Sequence record: NC_101842.1
From: a phage
DNA length: 64,000 nucleotides
Direction: 5' to 3' (one strand)
Both the position numbers and the translations under genes were made by a program. Of the stretch, positions 54,926-64,000 are shown in pieces. A model generated the notes under the pieces. It saw only the letters and a list, made by a program, of their open reading frames with translations. It did not search any database and was not told the DNA's origin. How positions within the stretch are numbered: the stretch's first letter is position 1; each line of letters starts with the position of its first letter.

Positions 54926-55546
54926 ATGGCATGGTATGAAGATGAAGAGATTATCCCGTCCCCGCCTAACCATGATGGTGTAGTCGATACCCCAGAAGAA
55001 CCACCAAAAGAAGATCCTGTACTTCCGGAACCTGATCCAGACCAACCTCTTATTAATATTATGAGGTTGTTGCTCGGCAATGTTGATGAGGAAACTCTCC
55101 CTGATGAGGTAATTAAAACATTCCTTGACATGGAGAAGTTGAAACTAAATTATCCGGCAGACCCTGATAAGCTACCTCTGCTTAAGTACAATGTACTTGT
55201 GCAGCTTGTGCGGTGGCTAATGATGCAGGAAGTGTCCAGCGGTAATGCAAGTATAACTTCCCGTCTGGAAAAAATAGGTGATGAGACCATAGAGATTCGT
55301 GGAGGATCTTCCTACGCCCAATGGAAAGATTTCCTTGATTGGCTGCTGGCACACCCAGACTATGTAGATTCTGAGCTAGATGCTTACAGCAGAATGATTA
55401 TCATTGGTGGTGTTCGTGTAGATGAAGGAATTCGGGTTAAATTTAATGAAAACAGCAACGGACCGTTCGATGTCCAGGGGATTACACCTATCAGTGGTCT
55501 AAATAACCAACCTCCTCGACACCCAAGACGCAAACGCAGTTTTTAA
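54926..55546 (+). CDS. hypothetical structural protein (start refined to MAWYEDEE)
   Basis: listed start lies inside terminator; refined ATG has gagg RBS. Confidence 0.45.
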   Translation: MAWYEDEEIIPSPPNHDGVVDTPEEPPKEDPVLPEPDPDQPLINIMRLLLGNVDEETLPDEVIKTFLDMEKLKLNYPADPDKLPLLKYNVLVQLVRWLMMQEVSSGNASITSRLEKIGDETIEIRGGSSYAQWKDFLDWLLAHPDYVDSELDAYSRMIIIGGVRVDEGIRVKFNENSNGPFDVQGITPISGLNNQPPRHPRRKRSF

Positions 55547-55552
55547 AAATTG

Positions 55553-55581
55553 TTGCTTTTGATGTATCTTTGTGGTAAAAT
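55553..55581 (+). promoter_or_regulatory. promoter TTGCTT-17-TAAAAT with TGG immediately upstream of -10
   Basis: -10 context tgGTAAAATAC shared with promoter at 59074-59102. Confidence 0.5.
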
Positions 55582-55599
55582 ACATTAGTGAGGGATATA

Positions 55600-56058
55600 A
55601 TGCTAAAGGTTAAATGTCAAACAAGGTTCAACCTAAAGCGTTTAGATCGCTTCTACAAAGAACTTGTGAGACTTGAAAGTAAAACAATAACCTACGGCTT
55701 TTATGACGAACCTCACCCGTCAGGCTTAAATATGGCAACATTGGCAGCCATTCACAACTTCGGTTGGAACGGGCTGCCTGTTCGCAATTTCATGGAGACA
55801 GCTTTTGCATTTCACAGCACTCAACTACAGACCTTGACAGAAAAATTGTTGAGAGCTATGGCTAGAGGATCAAGTGCAGAGGCTATTCTTAAGCAGATGG
55901 GGGACACAGGGGCCAAAGCTATCCAGTTTGTTATTGAGGCTGGGCAGTTTAGTAATCCTACTGTTAGTGAGCAGTGGGCACAAGAGAAAGGCTTCAACGA
56001 GGCTATGCGGCATTACGATGTGCTGCTTGAATCTGCAACCTTTAAAATCGGACAGTAA
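55600..56058 (+). CDS. hypothetical head-tail joining or structural protein (start refined to MLKVKCQ)
   Basis: ATG with gaggga RBS. Confidence 0.4.
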   Translation: MLKVKCQTRFNLKRLDRFYKELVRLESKTITYGFYDEPHPSGLNMATLAAIHNFGWNGLPVRNFMETAFAFHSTQLQTLTEKLLRAMARGSSAEAILKQMGDTGAKAIQFVIEAGQFSNPTVSEQWAQEKGFNEAMRHYDVLLESATFKIGQ

Positions 56059-56073
56059 AAATAAGGGGGTTGA

Positions 56074-56499
56074 GTGGCAGCAGGTTATAAGCTGATAGGA
56101 AAGAACAGACTAATACCTCGTAAAACATTCAAAGGTCGCCACAGAGTGTATAACAAAACAGTTGGTGGCCCTTTTGCCAACGAGGGGTTAGAACTTGAGT
56201 ATGAAGAGTTTGATGTCTTAGAGTGTGTTGTGCAGCCGTTGACAGGAAGGGCAGCTAAAGATTACTCCTCTCAAATAAACCCCGAAGGTGACAGACAGTA
56301 CGAGGCTTTTACAGTTTACTCCTCAACCAAGTTGTATAGTCCGGACGAAGGAACATATGCAATGGCTGACCAAATTCAGCTGCCTGACATTCGTGGTGAC
56401 TTGAAATGGTTTACCGTTTTAAAATGCGATGCATATGTTACCTCTGGTGGTGGAAGATATAGATTTTTTGTGGTAGAAGAGCCTGAAGGAGAAAACTGA
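56074..56499 (+). CDS. hypothetical structural protein (GTG start)
   Basis: ORF track; RBS aaggggg. Confidence 0.4.
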   Translation: MAAGYKLIGKNRLIPRKTFKGRHRVYNKTVGGPFANEGLELEYEEFDVLECVVQPLTGRAAKDYSSQINPEGDRQYEAFTVYSSTKLYSPDEGTYAMADQIQLPDIRGDLKWFTVLKCDAYVTSGGGRYRFFVVEEPEGEN

Positions 56500-57050
56500 T
56501 GGAAGCTTTCGAAAAAGTTTTTTCTGATCTTGAAACAACCATTGCTAAGCTCGTCAAAGTTGCCACAGGAAGAACTGTAGTTCTGGCAGAAAGCTCTACC
56601 ATACCGAAGCCGGAAGGTGAGTTTGTACTTTTACAAACCTTGGCGATCAATCCCACCACTTGGGAAGATAATGAGTTTCAAGATGCGGAGGGTAATGCTT
56701 ACGTCACCCACAGCTACACTGTTACTTATCTGTTAACAGCTTATCGTGGCAGGGCATATGCTGCACTTAGCAGAGTATTGCAAGCAATAAACCTTCCAAT
56801 GTTTTATGACAAGTATTTCCCTCTGGGATCGTGCTTTGCCTACTCTAACAATTCAACAATCTCACCTCAAAGAGTGCCGTTGAATAAACAGACGTATGAA
56901 AATAGAGCCACTGTGATGCTGACATTTAACGTAAGGTTTGTTGAAACAGACATTGGGGCTTTTGAGGATCTTCAGGGAATTAAGGCTGAAATAACCACAC
57001 ACTTCCCTTCACCCAATTCTGGTAAAGCGGTTACAGACAGTGGTCAGTAA
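56499..57050 (+). CDS. hypothetical structural protein (183 aa)
   Basis: start codon overlaps upstream stop. Confidence 0.45.
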   Translation: MEAFEKVFSDLETTIAKLVKVATGRTVVLAESSTIPKPEGEFVLLQTLAINPTTWEDNEFQDAEGNAYVTHSYTVTYLLTAYRGRAYAALSRVLQAINLPMFYDKYFPLGSCFAYSNNSTISPQRVPLNKQTYENRATVMLTFNVRFVETDIGAFEDLQGIKAEITTHFPSPNSGKAVTDSGQ

Positions 57051-57122
57051 TCGTTATAATTGTGTAGTGTAATGATTACACTGCGTGTTTGATATCCGTG
57101 CACAGATATTAAGAGGAAACAA

Positions 57123-58499
57123 ATGCCATATTTAGATAAAGTGGTAGATGTTACAGTTAACCTCGGAACCCAGCCTATTGACACTGTAGGTTTCGAAACT
57201 CCCCTGTTCATCGCTATCCACAACAACTTTACTGAGCGAGCTCGCGTATATGCAGAGCTGGATCAGATGGTGGAAGATGGTTTCGCACAAGGCTCTGCAG
57301 CGTATGAGTTTGCAGCAAAAGCTTTTGGTGGTGTATTCCCTCCACAATACGTTATGATCGGCAGACAGGCCAAAGAAAAGACCACTGTAGATTTTAAAGG
57401 TATTGCTGCCGCAGCTGATACCGATGTCGTAATGACTATTGCAAAAGGTAGCTACAATACCTCTTTGATAGTCCCTATCTCTGGTGGAACAGCTGCAACT
57501 CAGATTGCAGAGTCAATGAAGGCTAAAATCGAAGCAGATGATAACTTGGACGATATCACTGTAGAGGCTGCTGATGGTGTTATCACCATCACTGGTGACT
57601 GTACTGTTGGTTACCATACTGGTAACTATACAATCAAAAATATCGCCAATGCTGAAAAACCTTCTACAGTAGTTGATAAGATCAATGCTGAGCGTGACAA
57701 TTGGTACTTCCTGTGCCATGAAGACCACACCGACATTGAAGCATGTGCTAAGTGGGCTCAGGCTAACTACAAGCTGCATGTCTACTCTACTGCAGAAGAT
57801 GTGACTGGTAAAGATAATAACATCGCCACCAAACTGAAAGCTGCACAATATGACAGTGTCGGCATGTACGATCCTCGTGCAGATAAGGACTTCCCGGAGG
57901 GTGGTATCATAGGTGCTATGGCATCCAACGATCCGTCTTACGGCGACAGCTTGCACTTAAAACAGATGCCAGGTGTGATTGCACCGTCTCTGACTTTAAC
58001 TCAGCGTATGGCTATTTGGGAAAACCACGTTAACTTCTACAGAATGATTAACGGTGTTGGCGCTTTCTGGGAAGGTAAGTGTGCTTCAGGTCAGTATGCA
58101 GACGCTATTCGTTTTGCACACTGGATCAAGTTCAGATCTGAAGAATCTATGTTTGGGTACATGCATCGTCGCTCCAACATGGGTTTAAGCATGAAGATGT
58201 CTGATGATGATCTTCCGGTTATCAAGTCTGTCCTGATGAACAACCCAATCAACACTGGCATTAAGAATGGTGCGATCCTGACAGGTTTCGACGAAGACAA
58301 TAATGTATTCTACGACCCGATCATCACAGTTCCTAAACGTGCAGAAATCCCAACCAATCAGTTGGCTGCTCGTGTTCTGGAAGGTGTGAAAGTAGAACTG
58401 GTGTATAACAACGCCCTGCACTTCGTTCGTATCCGGATCAACGTCCTTCTGGACAAAGTTGGTTCTAAATCCACCAATGCTGTTGCAATGACTGAATAA
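57123..58499 (+). CDS. large tail or virion structural protein (possible major tail tube protein), 458 aa
   Basis: position between head-tail genes and chaperone/tape-measure block; codon usage like capsid gene. Confidence 0.4.
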   Translation: MPYLDKVVDVTVNLGTQPIDTVGFETPLFIAIHNNFTERARVYAELDQMVEDGFAQGSAAYEFAAKAFGGVFPPQYVMIGRQAKEKTTVDFKGIAAAADTDVVMTIAKGSYNTSLIVPISGGTAATQIAESMKAKIEADDNLDDITVEAADGVITITGDCTVGYHTGNYTIKNIANAEKPSTVVDKINAERDNWYFLCHEDHTDIEACAKWAQANYKLHVYSTAEDVTGKDNNIATKLKAAQYDSVGMYDPRADKDFPEGGIIGAMASNDPSYGDSLHLKQMPGVIAPSLTLTQRMAIWENHVNFYRMINGVGAFWEGKCASGQYADAIRFAHWIKFRSEESMFGYMHRRSNMGLSMKMSDDDLPVIKSVLMNNPINTGIKNGAILTGFDEDNNVFYDPIITVPKRAEIPTNQLAARVLEGVKVELVYNNALHFVRIRINVLLDKVGSKSTNAVAMTE

Positions 58500-58509
58500 G
58501 GAAGACTAG

Positions 58510-58983
58510 ATGGAAACTCAAATTTTAACTCCTTATGCTTATGATCCTAAAAAGGTCAAACTGTATCTGATGCAGCAGCGTGTCACTGGCTTCGCTGCTG
58601 ACACCAAGATCGTTGTTTCAAGAAACGAAGACAACATCTACCCTCACGTTGGTGTGGATGGCGAAATGTCTGCTGCCCTGTCTCGTAACCAATCTGGTGT
58701 TATGACTGTATCTTTGCAGAACACTTCTGTATGGAACGCTTACCTTTCTGACTGGCAGAAACAGGCATCGATTACTGGCCTGGTATTCTTCCCGGTTCTG
58801 CTGGAAGGTAGCCAGGGCCCTGGTATTTCCACAATTGGTTGGATCCAGAAACAGCCTGACCTGACTTACGGAACCGAAGTAGGTCAGCTGGACTGGGATA
58901 TCGGTATTCTGGATGCATGGCTCAACCGTGATAACATCACTGGTGCTCTTACTGGCCTCGCAGGTCTTGCAGGTATTATCTAA
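58510..58983 (+). CDS. tail structural protein (possible major tail subunit), 157 aa
   Basis: followed by terminator and new promoter before chaperone genes. Confidence 0.35.
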   Translation: METQILTPYAYDPKKVKLYLMQQRVTGFAADTKIVVSRNEDNIYPHVGVDGEMSAALSRNQSGVMTVSLQNTSVWNAYLSDWQKQASITGLVFFPVLLEGSQGPGISTIGWIQKQPDLTYGTEVGQLDWDIGILDAWLNRDNITGALTGLAGLAGII

Positions 58984-59002
58984 GGGCACACTTTAGCATA
59001 CG

Positions 59003-59027
59003 CCTCACCTTCGGGTGGGGCTTTTTG
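59003..59027 (+). terminator. rho-independent terminator (cctcacc-ttcg-ggtgggg + T-run)
   Basis: 7-bp stem with two G-U pairs, tetraloop, T5. Confidence 0.6.
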
Positions 59028-59073
59028 CTTTTATGGTTTTGACACACGTTCTTGAATTGCTTGAAAGGTTAAA

Positions 59074-59102
59074 TTGACAATGCACCATAATCATGGTAAA
59101 AT
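59074..59102 (+). promoter_or_regulatory. promoter TTGACA-17-TAAAAT with TGG upstream of -10
   Basis: consensus -35, 17-nt spacer; -10 context catgGTAAAATAC. Confidence 0.6.
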
Positions 59103-59145
59103 ACACAAATATGGTGCACAACATGACTAATAAGGATGCTATAAA

Positions 59146-59619
59146 ATGGCTATAAACTTTAGACCTACAACAGAGATTGATTTAGCAGGGCACAACTTTG
59201 TGATCACCCACTGGGGACCGATGAAAGCAATGAAAAACATGCCTAAAATCGGTAAGATTGTGGCTGTCCCGCTAGGTGCTATCGGTGGATCTATTATCTC
59301 TGGTGGTCAGAATATGGCAGAGGTCCTTCCTACTGCTCTGGCTTACCTGTTCCAAGAACTTGATGATAGCTCTATTGAAGAGTTATTTAAAATCTTGTTC
59401 GAAGATATTACCGTAGATGGTGTGGATAAGCTTAACCCAGATGTTGTGTTTGCAGGGCATCTGCTGGAGATGATTAAGCTGGCAGGTAAGGTTCTGGAGG
59501 TTAACTACGGCTGTTTTTTCACACAAGACGGTTTAGGAAGCCTTCTGGAGATGTTACAGCAGATGGGTATGATTCAGCAGGTGAACAACCTGGATCAGAC
59601 TCCGGAAGAGCAGGAATAA
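59146..59619 (+). CDS. tail assembly chaperone (G-like)
   Basis: 157-aa acidic protein immediately upstream of tape measure; contains slippery heptamer near 3' end. Confidence 0.6.
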   Translation: MAINFRPTTEIDLAGHNFVITHWGPMKAMKNMPKIGKIVAVPLGAIGGSIISGGQNMAEVLPTALAYLFQELDDSSIEELFKILFEDITVDGVDKLNPDVVFAGHLLEMIKLAGKVLEVNYGCFFTQDGLGSLLEMLQQMGMIQQVNNLDQTPEEQE

Positions 59620-59879
59620 GCAAGGTTGTTGTGAGGGCCAGTGAGTGGGCAGCCAAGAACAGTTCACTCAACTGGTTCGACTTTCTTTGGTGTAGGGTGC
59701 TCAAGAATTTCAAAGGGGAAAATTTTGAATCGCTAAATCTTGCAGATATGGCGTATTTCCTGAAGCTCTGTGAGTATCTTGATATCGAAGAATTCCTAGA
59801 TACCGTCCAAAACAGGGAAATGGAGCGGGAGCAGAAGGCTGCCGCAGCTGCTGCGAAAGCTAAGCGCAGGAGAGGATAA
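59146..59879 (+). CDS. tail assembly chaperone -1 frameshift product (GT-like fusion), slip at TTTTTTC 59514-59520
   Basis: T_TTT_TTC in the zero frame; -1 frame open from 59505 to stop at 59879. Confidence 0.5.
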
Positions 59880-59884
59880 TCTAA

Positions 59885-59921
59885 GGGCCGGATTCCTTTT
59901 CTGGGATCTGGCCCTTTTTAT
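59885..59921 (+). terminator. terminator-like hairpin (gggcc...ggccc + T-run)
   Basis: hairpin followed by ttttta after frameshift product stop. Confidence 0.45.
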
Positions 59922-59933
59922 TATGAGGAAACC

Positions 59934-62270
59934 ATGGCTACAAACAAAATAGTTGCCACAACAGTCAACAAGATTGGCTTTGAGATAGAGAACTCCTCCT
60001 ACAAAAAAGCTGTAGAGAAAATTCGCAGTATTGGGAGGGAGTTCAGGAAACTGGGCGAGGATTTTAACTCAGCCAACCCCATGAGTAGATGGCAGGCGGT
60101 AGCTGTTAAAACCCAGCAGACAATGCAGAGGGTTGCCAGACAGCAATCTCAGGCAAATGCTAAACTGCACAGAGAGAGCGTAGCACAGGCCAAGAAAGAG
60201 GCTGCAGTAAGGGCTGCAATAGAACGTAGGGAGAATGCGAGACGTAAACAAGCTGTAGGTAATCTTACCGCTAAAAATCCAGAAATGGCTAGGATGCGTA
60301 AGTTCTACCAGCAGCAAGCTAAAGAGGCCAAAAAGGCTGCCAAATCTGCACCAGTGTCTTACGGTGGTTATAAGGCACCTAAGGCAAGAGTTTTGGCTAA
60401 TGCCAAATCTTTCAAATATATCCCCGGTAACCCTAATATGGGTGGTGTGGCTTCCGACCCTAACCTTGTAAAAGCTCAGACAGCCGCTATGAATCGTTAT
60501 CATAGACAGCTAAGAAGAGACAGTAAAGCTGGTATGGATAATAGGCTTATGTCGGATCGTGAGGCAAGGAGAACCCACCTATACAACTCCGCGATAAGAC
60601 TTTCTGCCAAGTATGGGGCCGGATTCCGTGGAAGCTTGCCAGGATACTCAGAGTTAGAGTCCAGGTTTGCTCGCGGGGAGATGAAGAAGTCAACCTTTAA
60701 CGCCCACCTGTCAGCGCTGCAGTCTGGGTTTAAAAGCGCCACCAGCCAAACGCTTACACTAGGCGATGCCATGAGAGACTTACGTAGATCTGTTATTAAT
60801 GCAACAGCTGCGTATACAGCTTTTTCTGGATTTGCTGCGGTTAACAGATCCGGTCACATGATGGAGGGGGCAAGTGCTGCTCTTACTGCTGTTACTGGAG
60901 ATCCAAACAAAGCCAACAGTGAGGTTGCGTTTGTCCAGCAAGAGGCTATGCGTCTTGGTTTTGATCTCAAATCTGGTCTTCAAGGTTACGCCCAGATGTC
61001 GGTAAACGCCAAAAACCAGATGACAAATCAGGAAGTGCATGAGCTGTTTTCTGCATACTCCCAGTATGCTGCTGCTTATGGTGCCGATGAGGTAAAATAC
61101 CAGCGCGGTATTATGGCAATCCAACAGATGCTCGGTAAAGGGCAAGTAATGTCCGAAGAACTGAAGCAACAACTTGCTGAAGCATTGCCTGGTGCATACG
61201 AACCTTTTATCAAGGCCACCAAAGAGGCTTTTGGTCTTTCTGAACTCTCCATGGATCAGTTCATGGACATGATGAAGAAAGGTGAGGTTAAAACAGCCAA
61301 GATCATGAAGTATGTGGCTAAGTACATGAACGAGGCATCTGCAGCTGGTTATGAAAGAATGCAGAAGTCTAACGTGCTGGCAGAAAACAGGCTGAAAACC
61401 TTCATCGAACTGACTCGTCAGAAACTGTTCACCCGTTGGTCTGACGAACTAACAGAGTTCTATTATACACTAATCCGCACTGGTGAGACTCTGCAATTTG
61501 TGTGGGATGCCTCTGGTGATTTTGTTAGCGGGTTTGTGAGAGGCCTTAACTGGGTAGTTGGTGAACTAAACAACACTATAGTCAAGATCCGCATGTTTTT
61601 CCTTGAATGGGGGATTAAATGGGGATTCATAACAGCTAAGACGAAGGAATATTCTGAAGAGCTTCATGACACCTTTAGCTATGCTAAATGGGCAGGGTTT
61701 GCTGCTGCCATCATGCTGGTAGTCAATGCCCTAACAAAAGGTTTTGTCATGGCATCCATGCTTGTAAAAACCTTTAAATTCCTTAACTCTCTAAGGGGTG
61801 CAGCTGGAGCAGCGGGTGCCGCTACTACAGAAGGATCTGGTGGTGGAGCTCCGGCAGGAAAAGGTGGTGGTGGCCTCAAGACACCTGGTGGCAAAGTTGG
61901 TCTGCTCGGTAAGCTGGGCATTATCGGTACAATACTAAGCGCCGGGGAATTATTTAATGACCGTTACAACCCACTAAGTGAAAGAAATCAGCAGCTGGAT
62001 ACTATCAGCGATATGATTCGCAAAGATATCATATCGGGAGGTAACGGGTTTGTTAATCCTTTGGACACCTTACCGGGCGGGACTCTTCCGTTGCCGGGTG
62101 GCCCTGGTTTTGCTTCTCAATTAAGAACTATGGAAATGCTACCTTTAGAGATCAGTGATGGGAAAATCACGATTTCAATAGATGAGGGTGAGTTTAACAA
62201 AATATTTGATGCAAAACTTGAGTGGGAGAACAATAAAGATATCAACTTCATGTCTACCGACCTTTGGTAA
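59934..62270 (+). CDS. tail tape measure protein
   Basis: 778 aa, helical and Ala/Gln/Lys-rich, Gly-rich hydrophobic segment, directly after chaperone pair. Confidence 0.8.
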   Translation: MATNKIVATTVNKIGFEIENSSYKKAVEKIRSIGREFRKLGEDFNSANPMSRWQAVAVKTQQTMQRVARQQSQANAKLHRESVAQAKKEAAVRAAIERRENARRKQAVGNLTAKNPEMARMRKFYQQQAKEAKKAAKSAPVSYGGYKAPKARVLANAKSFKYIPGNPNMGGVASDPNLVKAQTAAMNRYHRQLRRDSKAGMDNRLMSDREARRTHLYNSAIRLSAKYGAGFRGSLPGYSELESRFARGEMKKSTFNAHLSALQSGFKSATSQTLTLGDAMRDLRRSVINATAAYTAFSGFAAVNRSGHMMEGASAALTAVTGDPNKANSEVAFVQQEAMRLGFDLKSGLQGYAQMSVNAKNQMTNQEVHELFSAYSQYAAAYGADEVKYQRGIMAIQQMLGKGQVMSEELKQQLAEALPGAYEPFIKATKEAFGLSELSMDQFMDMMKKGEVKTAKIMKYVAKYMNEASAAGYERMQKSNVLAENRLKTFIELTRQKLFTRWSDELTEFYYTLIRTGETLQFVWDASGDFVSGFVRGLNWVVGELNNTIVKIRMFFLEWGIKWGFITAKTKEYSEELHDTFSYAKWAGFAAAIMLVVNALTKGFVMASMLVKTFKFLNSLRGAAGAAGAATTEGSGGGAPAGKGGGGLKTPGGKVGLLGKLGIIGTILSAGELFNDRYNPLSERNQQLDTISDMIRKDIISGGNGFVNPLDTLPGGTLPLPGGPGFASQLRTMEMLPLEISDGKITISIDEGEFNKIFDAKLEWENNKDINFMSTDLW

Positions 62271-62280
62271 TAAACTGTGC

Positions 62281-62306
62281 AGGGGGCTCCGGCCCCCTTT
62301 ATTTTA
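62281..62306 (+). terminator. rho-independent terminator (agggggc-tccg-gccccct + T-run)
   Basis: 7-bp GC stem, tetraloop, T-rich tail after tape measure gene. Confidence 0.7.
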
Positions 62307-62374
62307 TCGGTGTTGTAAAAACAGCTATTTTATGATACAATATCTAGATGGTATAGGAGTGTCCTGGAGAGGTT

Positions 62375-63259
62375 ATGCCAAGCAATATAGTTGATGAAAA
62401 AGACCTGTACAAGCCTCAAGAGGTTAAATCTCCAAAGGCTGAAAAGGCAGAGCAGCAAACTGAAAGCGATGTAAAGTATACTATGTTTGTCAGCGGTCTT
62501 AACTATGGTGGTCGCAATACGGAGATGAAGGGTAAAAACTTTACTAACGATCTTGCCATTATCTTCGACCAGGTTGAGAACTATTCTTTCAAACATTCTG
62601 TTGATAAAACTGGTTTTGCAGTGGAAGATAAATCTACCATGTCAGACCACGCTGTAATTAAAGATGGTGTATTTTCTTTTACTGGTAGGGTAAATACATC
62701 CCCACATATAATTTATGAGCAAAACTACATTGATAGGAATACTGACTCTAAAAACCCTGCAGCATCTATGCGACCAGGTGCCGCACTGGAGGCTTTGACT
62801 GAGATCATTAATAAGCGACAGTTGGTTTCTTTGGTTACCGAGGAGAGACTTCTTGAGAACTACATCATAACCAGCCTTTCTGCCAGCAAGTCTGTTGGTG
62901 AAGGTGCTGCAATGGTTTTTGATGTAGAACTTACAGAGTTCCGCACATTCTACTTGAACAAGGTTGTTAATGCAACCGTATACAGCAACCCTAAGAAAGT
63001 AGGCAAGACCCAACAAAAAGGTGCTGTCAACGACTGTAAGAATGGTAGTAACGTAGGTAACAAGAGGGACACAGGGGCATTTGCAGACACTGCATCCACA
63101 AATGCTGCAGAGGAGTGGCAGCCATATAAATCTATGATGTGGACAGATGAAAACGGTGTCACCCAATCGGCTGCTGATTGGTATTATCAAGAATATGGAA
63201 GACCTTCTACCATAGTCCCATCTGAGCAGGGAAACTACGACAAAGTTAACGGGAAATAA
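62375..63259 (+). CDS. distal tail protein candidate (294 aa)
   Basis: first gene after tape measure; assignment by synteny only. Confidence 0.4.
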   Translation: MPSNIVDEKDLYKPQEVKSPKAEKAEQQTESDVKYTMFVSGLNYGGRNTEMKGKNFTNDLAIIFDQVENYSFKHSVDKTGFAVEDKSTMSDHAVIKDGVFSFTGRVNTSPHIIYEQNYIDRNTDSKNPAASMRPGAALEALTEIINKRQLVSLVTEERLLENYIITSLSASKSVGEGAAMVFDVELTEFRTFYLNKVVNATVYSNPKKVGKTQQKGAVNDCKNGSNVGNKRDTGAFADTASTNAAEEWQPYKSMMWTDENGVTQSAADWYYQEYGRPSTIVPSEQGNYDKVNGK

Positions 63260-63271
63260 GGGGAGCGTATA

Positions 63272-63652
63272 ATGGAGCTTAAAGATTGGTGCATAATCAC
63301 CTTTGTGTGGGACATTGACGGCTTTCCTGATCAAACCATGCGTGTTGTTTTAGACAACGAAACGTATGAAATGCGTATGCAATGGAATGAGAGGGATGAG
63401 TCCTGGTGGTTATCTCTTGGCCCAGTAGGTGACAGCCCTTTAGTAACTAGAAAAGTAACAGCTTGCCAAGATATTTTAGACGGACTGCATTACAGAGATG
63501 ATTTACCGAAAGGTAGACTGATGGTGCTGTCGTTTAAAGACGATCAATATTGGGGTAGGGTTGGAAGATATAACCTTGGTGCGAGATCTGAGCTACAACT
63601 TGTATACGGCACCCCGGTTGATCTTTACAAGGAACAGCAAGGGTTAGAATAA
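63272..63652 (+). CDS. hypothetical tail protein (126 aa)
   Basis: ORF track. Confidence 0.4.
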   Translation: MELKDWCIITFVWDIDGFPDQTMRVVLDNETYEMRMQWNERDESWWLSLGPVGDSPLVTRKVTACQDILDGLHYRDDLPKGRLMVLSFKDDQYWGRVGRYNLGARSELQLVYGTPVDLYKEQQGLE

Positions 63653-64000
63653 TGGCAGAGTACAGACGTAGAACATGGCGATTATTGTTTGGTCGTCCGG
63701 TAGAGCATGGCGGTAAATCAAAAACCAATATCCCAAAATCTGTTGAAAAGAAAGGGGAGAGTGATTCCGGAGTTTATGAAGTTAGCTCAGACACTGGTGC
63801 CGCCAATATAGAGTTTGACATACAAAAGGACAATACCAAAGAGCCAAACAAAGGTTATGTGACAGTTTACAACCTGTCTGACGATACAGTTAACTATCTG
63901 GATATGCATCAGGCTGATGCCCTTGCAGTTATGTTTGAAGCTGGCTATGATGATGAGAACCAGTTGATATTCTCCGGAACTGTAGAGTTTGTTGAAGACA
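63652..64000 (+). CDS. tail protein, 5' partial (runs off window end)
   Basis: ATG overlapping upstream stop (TAATG); open to window end. Confidence 0.4.
   Translation, partial: MAEYRRRTWRLLFGRPVEHGGKSKTNIPKSVEKKGESDSGVYEVSSDTGAANIEFDIQKDNTKEPNKGYVTVYNLSDDTVNYLDMHQADALAVMFEAGYDDENQLIFSGTVEFVED

Noticed and set aside
52930-58499. Assignment of the phage to the T5 group, based on tRNA cluster, reductase genes, lambda-like lysozyme and a 458-aa late protein
   Set aside because: The capsid protein here is 336 aa with a separate scaffold gene, unlike the scaffold-fused capsid of T5-type phages, so the resemblance is partial at best.
60069-61172. Three minus-strand ORFs inside the tape measure gene
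   Set aside because: Antisense shadow ORFs; the sense frame is continuous for 778 codons.
62642-63334. 230-aa minus-strand ORF
   Set aside because: Antisense to the distal tail protein candidate; Cys-rich low-complexity composition, no RBS, opposite to the late operon direction.
1-64000. Integrase, excisionase or attachment site indicating a prophage
   Set aside because: No tyrosine or serine recombinase motifs, repressor/Cro pair or flanking bacterial genes seen; gene content points to a virulent phage.

Overview
The window reads as a contiguous stretch of a virulent, tRNA-bearing tailed dsDNA phage genome (siphovirus-like late module), not a bacterial chromosome. All calls are from reading the sequence and the ORF track; no database search or folding was run. 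Layout: (1) 1-1300, three small + strand ORFs, each with its own promoter-like and terminator-like signals; (2) 1300-3700, a repeat-dense non-coding region; (3) 3700-41900, a long leftward (minus-strand) early/middle block: about 35 tightly packed small, mostly acidic ORFs including paralogue families and a ribosome hibernation factor (HPF/RaiA) homologue, then N6-adenine methyltransferase, ClpP-like peptidase, PhoH, a full aerobic plus anaerobic ribonucleotide reductase set (NrdA, NrdB, glutaredoxin, NrdD, NrdG), ThyX, HAD phosphatase, dNMP-kinase-like protein, second N6-adenine methyltransferase, DEDD exonuclease, endonuclease VII, RuvC-like resolvase, FEN-like nuclease, C5-cytosine methyltransferase, HNH endonuclease, lambda-R-type lysozyme, ATP-dependent DNA ligase, MazG-like protein, zinc-less CobB/Sir2-like sirtuin and T4 Rnl1-like RNA ligase; (4) 41900-46700, a rightward block with a polynucleotide kinase, a calcineurin-type phosphoesterase, a small HTH protein followed by four tandem palindromic iterons and an AT-rich tract (candidate origin), two G+C-rich islands that look non-coding, and six tRNA genes plus one atypical tRNA-like element; (5) 46700-64000, the rightward late module: two-component spanin, large terminase, portal, scaffold, major capsid, tail proteins, a tail-chaperone pair with a canonical -1 slippery site, tape measure and distal tail proteins. 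DNA polymerase, helicase and primase are not in the window. The best candidate for a coherent, little-described system is the split tRNA-repair module (Rnl1-like ligase, kinase, metallophosphoesterase) beside the tRNA cluster; the HPF homologue, the zinc-less sirtuin, the three methyltransferases and the small-protein paralogue array are the next most interesting.
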